Shown in pieces: positions 41,659 through 55,420 of a DNA stretch of 64,000 bases (positions are counted from its first letter, which is position 1; each line of letters starts with the position of its first letter). The notes below the pieces were generated by a model. The model saw nothing but the letters and a program-made list of their open reading frames with translations, searched no databases and was not told the origin of the DNA. The stretch lies in assembly GCF_009914755.1 (NCBI RefSeq), contig NC_060947.1. One strand, given 5' to 3'. The translations under genes and the position numbers were made by a program. Origin of the DNA: the human T2T-CHM13v2.0 reference genome, Homo sapiens.

Positions 41659-44600
41659 CCTTGAGCTTGAATTTAAATACATGCCATCTAACCCGAGGTC
41701 CTGGACACTTACCCATTATTCTATATAATAATGAGTAAATTGGAAATTTCTGAGCCCTATGATTATGACAATGTGACATGATCTGTTGTGAGAAGTTAGT
41801 AGGGGAGAGATCCTAGAAGCCTGATTTAACAGAAATCTCAGTCCCGTGAGATACAACTACAACAGATTCAATCAGTTAAGTGATAACAACACAGACTGAA
41901 ATGATCAATAGTCTTAAAAGTCTAGGATTTGGGGGATGTGTCTAAAAAGGGCAGTTAATTTGAACATAGAGCCAATGCATGTGGTTTTCTGCTTTGTATT
42001 AAAGTAATTGCACTGGTCTTAAAAGGTAAACCCTGGCTTTGATTGAGCAGAAGTAAGCTGCTGGGATCCTTTGAAGACATTCATTAGAGATATAAAATAA
42101 ATATAGAAAGACAATGTGTAAGTAGCAAGGGATTATTTTAGATGGCTAGCCGATCAAGCATATTTTAACCAGTCAATATAATACTTAGTAAAAAATAAAC
42201 AGCATATGAGTGAACACAGATTTTTCAATCTAACATTCTGTGATTAGTAACAGAGTTTAATTAACATGTTGCTACCAATCTGAAACTCATATTTTGAGAA
42301 AAGCTTTTAAATTTCTTTCCCTCCTCCAGAGGACTCTAGGAAAGTATGAAGAAACATCTTTTTTTTTTTTTTTTTTTTTTTCTTTCCTACATTTTCCCGA
42401 AATTTGCTTTTCTGGTTCTAAACATCATAGAATTGGAATGGCAGTTTCCAGGAGTTATTGTTAGCCAATGAAGTTAGTAAGGACGAATTTATAACAGGAT
42501 ACATTCACAGAGTTACCAATGCTTTCTATAAAAATGAATCTAAGGCTTTTGTTTTCTGTCGGAGAAAACAAAATTCTGTCTTTACCCAAGAAGAGGAAAT
42601 TCACAGTCTAGGTGAAGAGGGTGAGCAAATCTAGGAGGCCAGGGAAGAGATATTGGAATTGTCTATTTTGGGGTTCAAACAGGACAGCAGGTAGATGTGT
42701 ATAGGATTGTAATGAAGATTAAGGCACTAGACAGAACAAAGCAAGTGAAGAACAAGTTCACAAAGAGCAAGAAACATGGAAAGGTGGAAAGATTCACTGT
42801 TTGAAATTTGGGTGGTGGTGCTCTGCTGTCAGAGAAATGGGAACTTGGTCATGAGTGGAAGGAGAAAAGTGGAGATTGCAAGAGCTAATAAGGTTTAGGA
42901 AGTGAGTTAGGAGGTTATCCGAAGTGTTATTAGCATCAGTGTGGACTCTTCTTTCTGTATCCAGGCAATCTGCTCTGTGTTGTGAATTCCATGCCTGAAA
43001 GGTGCCAAGGTCTTACATAATAATTATATGATACATAATACATTAACTACATTTCCATATCACTTTATAATGTGATGTCACAGTGGTCAGTGTCTCTTTC
43101 TTCTTATGAGCCCTTTCTTATTATAACAGCACCATTCATTTAGACGTTTTCCCTTGTTGTCTGTGAAAGCATCTTAAGACTGTGAAAGATGAAGTGAAGG
43201 TATTAGATATTAAAATATTAAGACATTTGCAAAACAGTAAAATTTGATATGAGAATGTCTTTTAGGTTTGAGCAAAGTCCGTTTGAAATTCTCATTTTGA
43301 AAACATACCCGATTTAACTGATTTAGGGCCTGAGGGCATTAAGAATAAATGGAACATAGAATATATATGCATGGGTTATTGAAAGAAAGCAAGGAGTTCT
43401 GGGATTGGGCTTCACTCCTTCAAATGATTGCCATGAACTTCTTTGGGAAACAAATATATATGTTTGTCTTAGGTAACTAAGTGCATCAAGCCACAGAACA
43501 GCAGCCACCAACAGTTTGTCATGGCCAAGCAGCAGCAGTTCAGTGGCTCTGAGTGGTGAAAGGAACATGACATGAGTGTGTTTGTGGAGATTCCAGAACT
43601 ACATTCTCAATGCTACCTGAGTCAGCAATTCATTTGCCAATTGTATAAAATTCCCAGTACTACTGATTTATTTATTTTTCTTTTAAAAGGAACATAAAAT
43701 TCTGTATTGTTTTAAGTTAAAAAAATCCACCTGTGCTTATCAAGCTAAATAAGTTGATTTTTGCATCACAGTTATAAAATGTGTAAATGTGTATCACTGT
43801 TTTTACTTGATAATAATATATCTGGTTATTTCATTTTTGTTGGAACAGAGTAATATATTTAACATAAAATATAAATTAGAATATAAAGTTCACAGTGGGA
43901 ACTGAAATTATTGTTAGAGTTTGAAAAATGAGATAACATTTATGAAATTATAACTATTTATCACTGGGCTTCATGTTCAAAGACATCTGCTGATGGTGTT
44001 CATAATCTTTCAATGTGGGTGTGATTAAGACACAAATATGTGAATAGAAATGTAAGGTTATCTTTTAATATCTTTAAATTTTTTGACTACTATATTATTT
44101 TCAAAGACTTATTCTATTAGCAAGTGTGTATTGTTATTACATTAATTTTCTTTAAGTGAGGGACTGCTTAATTGTGCACTTTTAAGATATGTCATTTCCT
44201 TTTCTTGTGTTTAGGAAAGAATGACTCAAAGGCCCACAGAGTTCTTATGTCTAGAAATTGAATAATTTGGAAATAAAAGTAAAACCTCCCTTTCCTCAGT
44301 CAAGTTCCTGAATACAAAATTGACAAATGTTTTCCTTAAAACAGCACACTACTGGGCTGATTTAATCTCTACTGCTTTTATAAGCCAGAGTATAATTTTT
44401 GAAGGGTGTTTTAGTGTGTCCTTAAGGATCTTATTGTACCTGTCTTCTTTATAGTTCTTCCAATTTGGTTTGTCAAGCTGTAGCTTTTTTAAGCCACATA
44501 TTCCTTCTATCACGTACGTGCTGCTAGTACTAAAAATGATTGCTCAAAACAAACTCAGTGAAAACAAAAGTGAATTATATTCTTATTGCCTTAAATACCA

Positions 44601-44991
44601 TTCTTAAAGTGGAAACTTACCGCAATCTATCAGGTTTATTATGCCCAGCAGACTTATTTAGAATATCCAGCATAATCATCTGCCTGTAGCCATTAATGCC
44701 AGTATGCAGGCCCTGTCACAGTTTTAGAAATACTCCAAGCCTTGTTGGAGAAGGAAGTCATGATTGCAATCAATAATCAAGTTCACCTGGCTACTCTTGT
44801 AGTTTGACTTTATGTCACAGTTTCAGGAACTTAGTTTCTTTTTGAGATCAAGTCCTTACCTTATGACTCAGTTATTTATTTGGACTCTAATATCAGTCCT
44901 GATCTTGATAAACAACGAAGCACTTCAATAACTTCAGGACTGGAAGTCTGATTTTCTCATGCTCCCATCTCTGCTACTAGAGACCTGATTC

Positions 44992-45302
44992 TTTTTTTTT
45001 TTTAATTTATTTTTTTATTTTTATTTATTTATTTATTTATTTTATTATACTTTAAGTTTTAGGGTACATGTGCACATTGTGCAGGTTAGTTACATATGTA
45101 TACATGTGACATGCTGGTGCACTGCACCCACTAACTCGTCATCTAGCATTAGGTATATCTCCCAATGCTATCCCTCCCCCCTCCCCTCACCCCACAACAG
45201 TCCCCAGAGTGTGATATTCCCCTTCCTGTGTCCATGTGATCTCATTGTTCAATTCCCACCTATGAGTGAGAATATGCAGTGTTTGGTTTTTTGTTCTTGC
45301 GA
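44992..45302 (-). mobile_element. Young 5'-truncated L1PA2-like 3' end
   Basis: Patterned T tail. 'cacattgtgcaggttagttac', 'ctaactcgtcatctagc' (non-Ta GAG), 'gtgatattcccc', 'gtgatctcattg'. Confidence 0.92.
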
Positions 45303-46539
45303 ACTTCAAACCATATGGCACGGGGCTGGATTCCTGTTTACTCTTATGTCTTAACAAGTAGTAGCCTGCCAGCTTAATACATCTCAATATATTCCTTCCT
45401 GGAGGTCCCTGTTATTTGTGCCTCATATGCCAGCTATGTCACCTTTACTACAGCTCTGCAGGATGATCAGTTACCTGTTATTTTCTCTCAGAATAATCGA
45501 CTTTTCCTGTCTAGCTGGACTTCCTCACCTCTCCAGCAACATTTTCTCTGGTTTCAGGTCCAAACTCTGTAGGACTTGACCCCTGTCTTGAAATTAAACC
45601 TTCTGTGAAAAACCATTCGACAGAGGAAATTTAAATCATCCATGGTGGTTTGCATTATCTATTTCAAGATCTCTTTGTAGATGGCTATCAAAAACATTTA
45701 ATGTTATCTATTATGTATTTTGTTCAAAACTTTCTATGAATCTTCTATTATCTCTGAAAATTATACATTAATATCTCCAAAATTCACTAGCTATAAGAGG
45801 TATAAAAATATAGATAAAATATTCAGATTCTTTAAAAATATCTCATTTTACCACATATAAAATATATCTATCAAAAAAGTATAACATTTCTGTTTAATCT
45901 GTTAGAACATGTTATCTATTTAAATGAGTCATTATAAGTCTGTTGTGTACAAAAAAATCAGTTAAAACGCTGCAAAAAAAAAAAACCCAGTGCCTCTGTT
46001 AAGATGACATTCAAATTAGTAAATGAAGTAAAAAAAGAAAGAAAAGTAAGAAGTACAGAGCAGAAAAAAATATGAACTTATGCTGGCTTCTTTCAACATC
46101 AATAGATTTAAAAAACTGGAACTAAGTTGAATTTGATACACATATTCAGTTTGTGCTTGAAAATATTTTTTCTCTAGAAAAATGAAATTTTTTAACATTA
46201 AGTCCCTTATGCCAACTTCACTAATAGTCTAACCTGAGGAAGACATGTTACTTTCTTAAATATGCCACACATTATTGTCTTAAAATGACATCTGACATAA
46301 AACATAAGAAGTAAATTCATAATAATGTGGTTCAGAGGAACATATCCATTGCTGGAACAGTAATTGTTTGGATGCCACTTGGAAAAATAATATCAAACAA
46401 AATATGAATCTTCAACAAAAGTCTTCCCATGTTTAAATTCTCCTAATAAATGGTAACACTTTTTTAGAGGCGGCATATCAAGGATTTAAAGAATTTGTGT
46501 GAGAAGAGAACTGAGTAAACAACATCCATTTCTTCCATG

Positions 46540-46700
46540 TATTTGCTGTATGATCTTTGACAAGTCTTTCCTCCATTTCGTCATTTGCCTGCTTATCCAT
46601 ACTTTTTAAAAATACTGAATGAGTTCATTTATATAAGCTGCTTAACAGTGTGCTTAGCATATGGAAATGCCTAATAAACAGTAGTTAGCATTATTGTTAT
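46540..46700 (+). mobile_element. MIR remnant
   Basis: 'gctgtatgatctttgacaagtc...cttaacagtgtgcttagcatatggaaatgcctaataaacagtagttagcattatt'. Confidence 0.65.
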
Positions 46701-47311
46701 AATTTTAACTATGAGTAACCAACACATTTCTGTAGTTATTATTTGTTTTCATTTGTATTAAAATGCTCTGAAATGCCATTAATAACACATAACATTTTAT
46801 CACCGATTCTATGTGTGGGATATTTTAAATATTTAATCTGGCTGTCGCATTTTGCTTTTGCAGAAGGTATGTTGAGATATGTAGAAAAGACAAATGAAAA
46901 CATTTTTAAAAGGTTTATTTTAAGTAGTTTATTTCTTGACAATACATTCAGAGCACAGGAAAATTGATTCTTTCACATGCATTCTTTAAAACCTCTTGCC
47001 CAAAGAGCCTATAGCATCATTCATCATTTCCTACTGTTTCTACATCCATCACATCGTTTTCCTTTGCTTTCCATATGACCTCCTTATTTCTTCTAGTTAT
47101 AATAGCAAGCAGAACTAATCATGAATAAATTCAAATTTGGGACAAAGGAGAAGCTCAATGGCCAGATGAGACCTTAGGTCTCTCTGGCCCATGGCCCTAG
47201 GGTAATCTTATCTATCATGAGAAAGAGTCTGTTATATCCCAGCTGTGCACAAGGCTAGGCTAGGCATTAGAGTAAATTAAATGGGCATGATCTGCCAGCC
47301 TGGTAAGCATC

Positions 47312-48483
47312 TTTTTTTTTTTTTTACCTTTCATTTTAGTTTCAGGGGTCTATGTGCAGGTTTGTTATATAGGTAAATTGCGTGTCTTGAGGGTTTGGTG
47401 TACAAATTATTTCATCACCGAGGTAATAAACATAGTACCCAATAGGTAGTTTTTCAATTGTCACCCTCCTTTCACCCTACACTCTTTAGTAGGCCCTGCT
47501 ATCTGTTGTTCCCTTCTTTGTGTCTATATGTCCTCAATGTTTAGCTCCCATTTACAAGTGAGGACATGCAGTGTTTGTTTTTCTGTTCCTGTGTTAGTTT
47601 GCTTAGGATAATGGCCTTCAGCTACATCCATGTTTCTGCAAAAGATATGATTTTATTCTTTTTTATGGCTTGTAGTATTCCATGGTGTATATGTACCATA
47701 TTTTCTTTATCCAGTTGACCACTGATGGGCATTTAGGTTGATTCCATGCCTTTGTGAATTGTGAATTCACTATTGTGAATAGCGCTGTGATGAACATACA
47801 TGTGCATGTGTCTTTATGGTAGAACAATTTGTACTCCTTTGGTTATATACCCAGTAATGCAATTGCTGGGAAATTGCCCATAAAACTGCTTTCCATGGTG
47901 GCTGAACTAATTTGCATTCCCACAAGCAGCACATAAGCATTCCCCTTTCTCCACAACCTTGACAACATCTGATATTTTTTGACTTTTTAATAATGGTCAT
48001 TCTGTCTGGTGTGAGATGGCATCTCATCGTGGTTTCGATTTGCATTTCTCTAATGATTAATGATATTGTGCATTTTTTTCATGTGCTTGTTGAGCGCATG
48101 AATGTTTTCCTTTGAAGTGTCTATTCATGTCTTTTGCCCACATTTTAATGGGGTGGTTTGTTTTTTGCTTGTGAATTTATTCAAGTTCTTTATAGATTCT
48201 GGATATTAGACATTCGTTTGAAGCATAGCTTGCAAATATTTTCTCCCATTCTGTAGGTTGTCTGTTTACTCTGTTTATAGTTTATTTTGCTATGTAGAAG
48301 CTTTTAGTTTAATTAGGTTCAATTTATCAATTTTGATTTTTGTTATGATTGCTTTGGGAATCTTTGCCATGAAGTATTTGCCAGGTCTTATGTCCAGAAT
48401 GGCATTTCCTAGGTTATCTTCAGAGTGTTTAGTTTTTGGTTTTAGATTTAAGCCTGTAATCCACCTTGAGTTAATTTTTGCAT
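47312..48483 (-). mobile_element. L1PA16-like 3' portion
   Basis: Poly-T, 'aggtaaattgcgtgtc...catagtacccaataggtagttttt'. Minus peptide [16 protein letters not shown]. Confidence 0.9.
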
Positions 48484-49528
48484 TAACTCAAGGGGCCCTT
48501 ACACCCAGAAGGCATCTTTAAGTGTTGACTTTTTAGCATTTATCAAATCTCCCCTGTGCTGTCTCTGTCAAAACAAATTAAGGGCCTGCTTTGAAAATCC
48601 TTGTGTCTTAATAAGACCAACAATATATGCTGATAGCCAGAGTAAAAATATGTAGGAGATGCTAGGCATAGATTTATGTATTTCTTGGTAAGGAAGAAAA
48701 ACAAATAGAGTATGTTCCTCCTTCTTCTCTGTCGTAGCACCATGACACTGATGTTGCTGACTTAAATTGTAGACGGTGGAGAGAAATTTGAGACAACATG
48801 GTAATAGAAACTCTTGAAAACACATCCCTATCTCTCCTTTTACTCAGAAACTCCCTTTTTAGTTATCATTTTCTCTGTCAGTCAGAAAACTTGCATCAAA
48901 CATATTTAATGTTCTGAGATTTATGCTTTCCTGAGGGAGCATGATAGAATATAATCTCTGCCTTCAAAAATCTGTGAATTCTTCACATTCAGGGAGAGGA
49001 GACTCATCTACTTGAAACAATAAATGAACAGTCCAAATAAAATATTTTAAATTCTACAAGTTATCAAATACACAACAGGGACAGAATGCAATTAGAAAAG
49101 CAATAAATCAGAATAGACTAGCATAGTTAAAGTTTACGGATTCAACTAAATTTTAAGTGAAATTTTACTAACAAATTTAAAACATTGTTTACATATGGTT
49201 GTTTTCTTTATATTCGTCCTTATCTTTTTCTTAAATTAAAAAATTGTCAAATAATACTCAGGATTTGCAAATTAAATTTAAATAAAAAAGCACAATGAGA
49301 TGATCACCTTCATAAAATAAGGAAGAATGAAAAAAAAGGGCAGGTGTCGGCATAGATTGCACAGTCTTGTTTGGGGTGACAACATTATAAAACTAGTGAT
49401 CAATTGAAGGTCTATGGAAAACTCTAGAATTTAAGGCATTTAGTGAGCAGAAGAGAATCCAGAAGATAATCCAGAAAATGAAGTTGTCATAATGGTCAGA
49501 GGAGAACCAGGAGTATGGAGGGCCCAGA

Positions 49529-50112
49529 GTGTTTATTTTCTATGGTTTTGTAAAAAATTACTAAAAATTTAGCAGCTTAAGATAACACCCATTTATGAGA
49601 TCACAGTTCTGTAGGTCAGAAGTACAGGCACAATGTCTCACAAGGATAAAATCAGGGTATCAGCCAGGCTGGCCTGTGATCTGGAGACGCTGGGGAGAAA
49701 TCTGTATAAGTTCATTCAACTTGTTAACAGAATTCAAATCCCTACAGCTGTAGAATTGAAATCCAAATTTCCTTTCTGGCTATTGGTGAACAACCCAAGA
49801 ATGCTCACATTTCTTCACACATGCCTCCCTGTCTCCATCTTTAAACCAGCATGGGCATGTCAATTCCTTCTCACACGATGCATCTCTCTGACTTTTCTTT
49901 GTGAAGCCAGCTGGAGAAAACTCTGTATTTAGAGGGATCACCTGATTACGTCTGGCCCACCTGGATAATTTTCATATTTCAAAGTTAACTCACTTGAGAC
50001 TTTCATTATATCTGCAAGATCTCTTAACAACAATACCTAGATTAGTGTGTGATTAGATAACCGGGGGCAAGGATCTTAGTGTGGATGCATCTTTAGAATT
50101 TTGCCCACCACA
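49529..50112 (-). mobile_element. MLT1 (MLT1E-like) MaLR solo LTR within L2 remnants
   Basis: 'aaatttagcagcttaagataacacccatttatgagatcacagttctgtaggtcagaagt...ggcccacctggataat...catctttagaattttgcccaccaca'. Confidence 0.8.
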
Positions 50113-50670
50113 TCCAGTCATCAAAGAAAAATGTTTTCAAGAACATACAAATAAAACCATGTATAAATAGCTAAAGTAGGCTAAAGGAGGTCATGTACTA
50201 ATTAAAAGCCACTGTACTGTTAAATCTGGTGGAATATGGTGAGCTTTGAGTGAGCTAATTCTAAAAACTTATGGAGTTGAAGAGAGTATTACAAGAGTAA
50301 TAAAACTGCAAGGAAATAAAGAATACATGGGTAGTTGGAAAGCATATAGCATAGTCAAGAAAAAATAGAAATCGATGCCTAGATGCATTAAGATTAAAGT
50401 TGAAGAACCCCAGGAAAATCTTTAAAAAAAACACTTTAAAAAGATAAATTACTGGAGACAAATTAGAAATAAACTAACATAAAAACTAAACAAGAAAAAT
50501 CAAAACAAACAAGAAAACTCAACAATAATCATGGAAGCCAGAAGATAGTGGAATATTATTTTCAAATTTTTGAGGCTAAAACAATTGTCAACCTATTAGT
50601 GTTTGCCCGGAAAGTCTGTTTTTCAACAAGGAGAGGGAGAAACAAAAATACAAAAACAAAAAAAAAAAAC

Positions 50671-50993
<323 letters not shown>

Positions 50994-52689
50994 TGAGAGT
51001 TTTATCATAATTAAGCCTACAGTTAAGGGACGTCTAAAACATGTACTTGCTAAGGATAATCCTTAAGAGTGAAGGAAAAAGAGATATAAATGTACACATT
51101 TCTAACAGATTTTTTTGTGTAAAATAATAATAGTAACAACAACAGCAACAATAATGAGTCTAAAATGTGGAGCTTAAAAAAGGGCTGATACAACATACTC
51201 AACACAATATAACATATAACAACATGTCAAAACCTTGATGACAAAAATTAAAGAGTGTTAGTGTCTTCACATTATTCAGCAAGTATTTGAATTACTAATT
51301 TTAGACTATGTTAATTAATTAAATATACAGGATGAAATATCTAGTATAACTAGTAAAAGAAAATCTCTGTATATTTTCAAAACCAGTAGAATGAAAAGTG
51401 ATATATTAAAGTGAACAAACAAATCAATCCGCAAAAACAAATAAACCAAAAAAAAAAAAAAAAGCAAGAAAGGTAAAAAGAAGAAGCTTCGAGAAAACAA
51501 AACAAATATAAAGGGAAAAGTAAATTCATAGAAATAAATCCAAGCATTATCAACATTTATTATACCTGTTGTCATGTATAAAATGTATGTGGCTAGAAGC
51601 ATGCACACCAGACAAGCTAGAGTCATGTTTATCAGAGAAAACCCATAGAAATAGGAACAGTAACAGGTGTGCATATCTTCTGTTGCTCATTGAATTCTAG
51701 GCCCAAGAAGAGTTATTTCACAGTAGGCCTCAGAGTCTGGAAGAAGGTTCTCACACAGGAGCTGTGGAGCTTTTAAGTATTGTGAATCCATGAGGAACAT
51801 CATTCCCTTCCCATGGCTTGATGAGGAGCCAGACTATAATTGCAGAACCTTGAATTCAGCCCGGCCCTGCAATCTCAGCATTCATGGTAGGTGGTATCCA
51901 TTTTCCACCCCTTCCAGTTCAAGCCATGTGATTGCAGAGATACATATCAACACAGCAGCAATATTTGACATGTTTTCTTCATATAATGAGGGGCTGGGAT
52001 CCAAACTTTAATATGGGCCAGGAGTGATTTTCTTAGTCAGCAGGCCATAACTCATTTCCATGGAGTTTTACAGGGGTGTATGAACTCAACTCTTTTTTTT
52101 CTGGGGACCAATCTGGGAAAAGTAAACACTTAACACTCAATAATACATAAACTAAGATTATCAATTAAGACACACATTTTCCAATTATATGTAAATATCA
52201 TGTTTCAGTCTTAGGTTTTTCAAAAGAGCTCACTTAAAATCCAAGGTCTAGTAAAGATTGAAATTAAAATAACTAAGAAATAAATCCCAAATGAAATTAC
52301 ATTTGGGTTATTTATACTAATATCGGGAAAATACAGAAGTAAGCAGGAAAAATTTAGTATATATTAAGTGTATATAATATATTTCTATATGAAACAATAT
52401 AAGCTCTCTCAGAAGATATTAAAATGCTAATTCCTGTACCTGGTAAAATACCCTTACATTATTTGAAGTAAAATTGCCAGAACTCAACTTGAAGTAGAGA
52501 AATCCATTGACATAGTAGATTTCAATATAACAATTTCTGACAAGTTGCACATACAAAAAAGACAGTAAAATACAGAAATTTAAACAACAAAACATAAACA
52601 AGCTTTACATAATGGCAATATGCAGAACTTTGCAGCAATAATTGGAGAATATACATTATTCTTAAGTATATACTGGACATTTACAAAAC

Positions 52690-52985
52690 ACCATTCTCAG
52701 CAAACTATCGCAACGACAAAAAATCAAACACCGCATGTTCTCACTCATAGGTGGGAATTGAACAATGAGAACACATGGACACAGGAAGGGGAACATCACA
52801 CACAGGGGACTGTTGTGGGGTGAGGGGAGGGGGGAGGGGGGAGGGATAGCATTAGGGGATATACCTAATGTAGATGATGAGTTAATGGGTGCAGCACACC
52901 AACATGGCACACGTATACATATGTAACAAACCTGCATGTTGTGCACATGTATCCTAAAACTTAAAGTATATATATAAAAAAAAAA
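52690..52985 (+). mobile_element. L1PA4/5-like 3' end (5'-truncated)
   Basis: 'cattctcagcaaactatcgcaa...gatagcattagg...gagttaatgggtgcagcacaccaacatggcac...aaaacttaaagtat' plus A tail. Confidence 0.92.
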
Positions 52986-53518
52986 GCTGGCCACATAATT
53001 CATACATAAGTATTACAAAATTTCAAAGACAGTTTCATATGGACCATTTAAAAATAACTCATTGATCAAAAAATGAATCATAATAGAGATTGTTTAAAAT
53101 ACTTAGATGACCTTATAATAAAATGCTACATATCAAAAGATGACATGCATTGTACACCAGAAGACATTTTTTAAATAGTAAAAGCTTAAATAATAAAATT
53201 AAATTATGCCAGTAGTAATACAAAATATAAGCGAATTCCTTTATTATGTAGAAATGGGTAAAACATTCCTTACTATAATTCAAAATTTAGAAGGAATAAT
53301 GGAAATTATTAATAAATTTTATTACGTTAAAACTGTGGATGATATAAGTGAATAAAAGTGGGGAAGGAAGGAGGGAAGAAGGGGAGGGAGGACAAATGAC
53401 AAAGTTAGATAAAACATGAAGGCAAATATTTCTATAATATAAGGAACTTTTTAAAAAATAAAAATAAAAAACCCAAAAACTGTACGGGAAAAAAATGGGT
53501 GATGATACAGAAAACTAT

Positions 53519-53850
53519 TGTCCTTTGTAGGGACATGGATGAAATTGGAAATCATCATTCTCAGTAAACTATCGCAAGAACAAAAAACCAAACACTGCAT
53601 GTTCTCACTCATAGGTGGGAATTGAACAATGAGAACACATGGACACAGGAAGGGGAACATCACACTCTGGGGACTGTTGTGGGGTGGGGGGAGGGGGAGG
53701 GATAGCATTGGGAGATATACCTAATGCTAGATGATGAGTTAGTGGGTGCAGCACACCAGCATGGCACATGTATACATAGGTAACTAACCTGCACATTGTG
53801 CACATGTACCCTAAAACTTAAAGTATAATAATAATAAATAAATAAATAAA
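53519..53850 (+). mobile_element. L1PA3-like 3' end (5'-truncated)
   Basis: 'tgtcctttgtagggacatggatgaaattggaaatcatcattctcagtaaac...gagttagtgggtgcagc...cctaaaacttaaagtataataataataaataaa'. Confidence 0.93.
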
Positions 53851-55112
53851 ATTTTAAAAAAAGTACCAACAGTCGCACTTAATTATACAAGGTAGTTTTT
53901 AATCTCATATTATATATAATAAGAGAAATACAAATTGATACTAAACTGAGGTATCATTTCTAAACTTGGCAAAACAGAACATTTTGACAACATACTCTGT
54001 TGTTAAGGGTGTAAGGAAACAGTCAACTTCATACATTGCTAGAGGAAATACAAAATCATACCATCTCAATGAATTTGGTAATAGCAAATTATTAATTTGC
54101 AAAATTACATATGCCTGTAACCTTTGACCCAGCAATCCCACGTCTAGGAACCTATCCCAAAGATACATGCATTGAAATATGAAATGACTTATACACCAGG
54201 CTATTTATTTGTCTACTATTTACAAAAGCAAAACAGTTGTAAAAAGAAACAAGGACAAATGAAATGTGTTAAACTCTTTGGGTACCTTTTGGGGAACAAA
54301 GGTGTGGGAACTTTACACATACACACACTCATACATATGCACACATATCTGATATTTTCAAAAAGAACAGTGGAGGATAAACCAAAAATTAATTAAAATA
54401 AATAGTAACCTTTATTGTGAATAGTGCTGCAATAAACATGGGAGTGCAGATATCTCTTCCATATGCTGATTTCTTTTCTTTTCGATATATATCTAGCAGT
54501 GAGATTGCTGGATCATATTGTAGTCCTTTAGATGAAAGGAAGAGACAATGAAAATACTGGGAAGAACAAAAATAAAAGTTAGTTATGTTCTAATGTGTCT
54601 TATTTTATAATTTTGACCTTAGAACCTTGTTTGCGTATTATATATTTGAAAGACAACACCAAACACAAAATTTTAAAAAGTGAAGCAATCCCTAAAATAA
54701 AATGCAAAGTGAAGCTCACCAAGTTTTCTTTTATCAAATTGGTGGCATAATGCCAAGGATATTTATCTCAATTAAAAATATTATTTTGACTTTATATACC
54801 TATCTGGGACCAAACATAATGACCACTAAATCTTAAGTTGTATCTAGTGATATTACTATTAAGTTTAATGTTGGTATAACTTTGAAACTATTATAAATAT
54901 ACACACTCCACTACATACAAAGGAGATTTCAACTTATGAGTAATTATACCAATATTGGAAAGCAAGATTTTCATATTTGAAACTTTAGATCACAGAATAT
55001 AAAAGGACACGGAAGGCAACTAGAAGGGACTCTAAGCAAAGATTAAAAAAAATTGAGCATCAAAAGAAGAATGGCAACTGAAATATATTGAGTCTATAAA
55101 ACTGATAAATTT

Positions 55113-55420
<308 letters not shown>

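Noticed and set aside
44190-44290. Strong-looking acceptor 'tttccttttcttgtgtttag' (similar one at ~17660-17673)
   Set aside because: No convincing paired donor or reading frame. Isolated acceptors are common in T-rich DNA.
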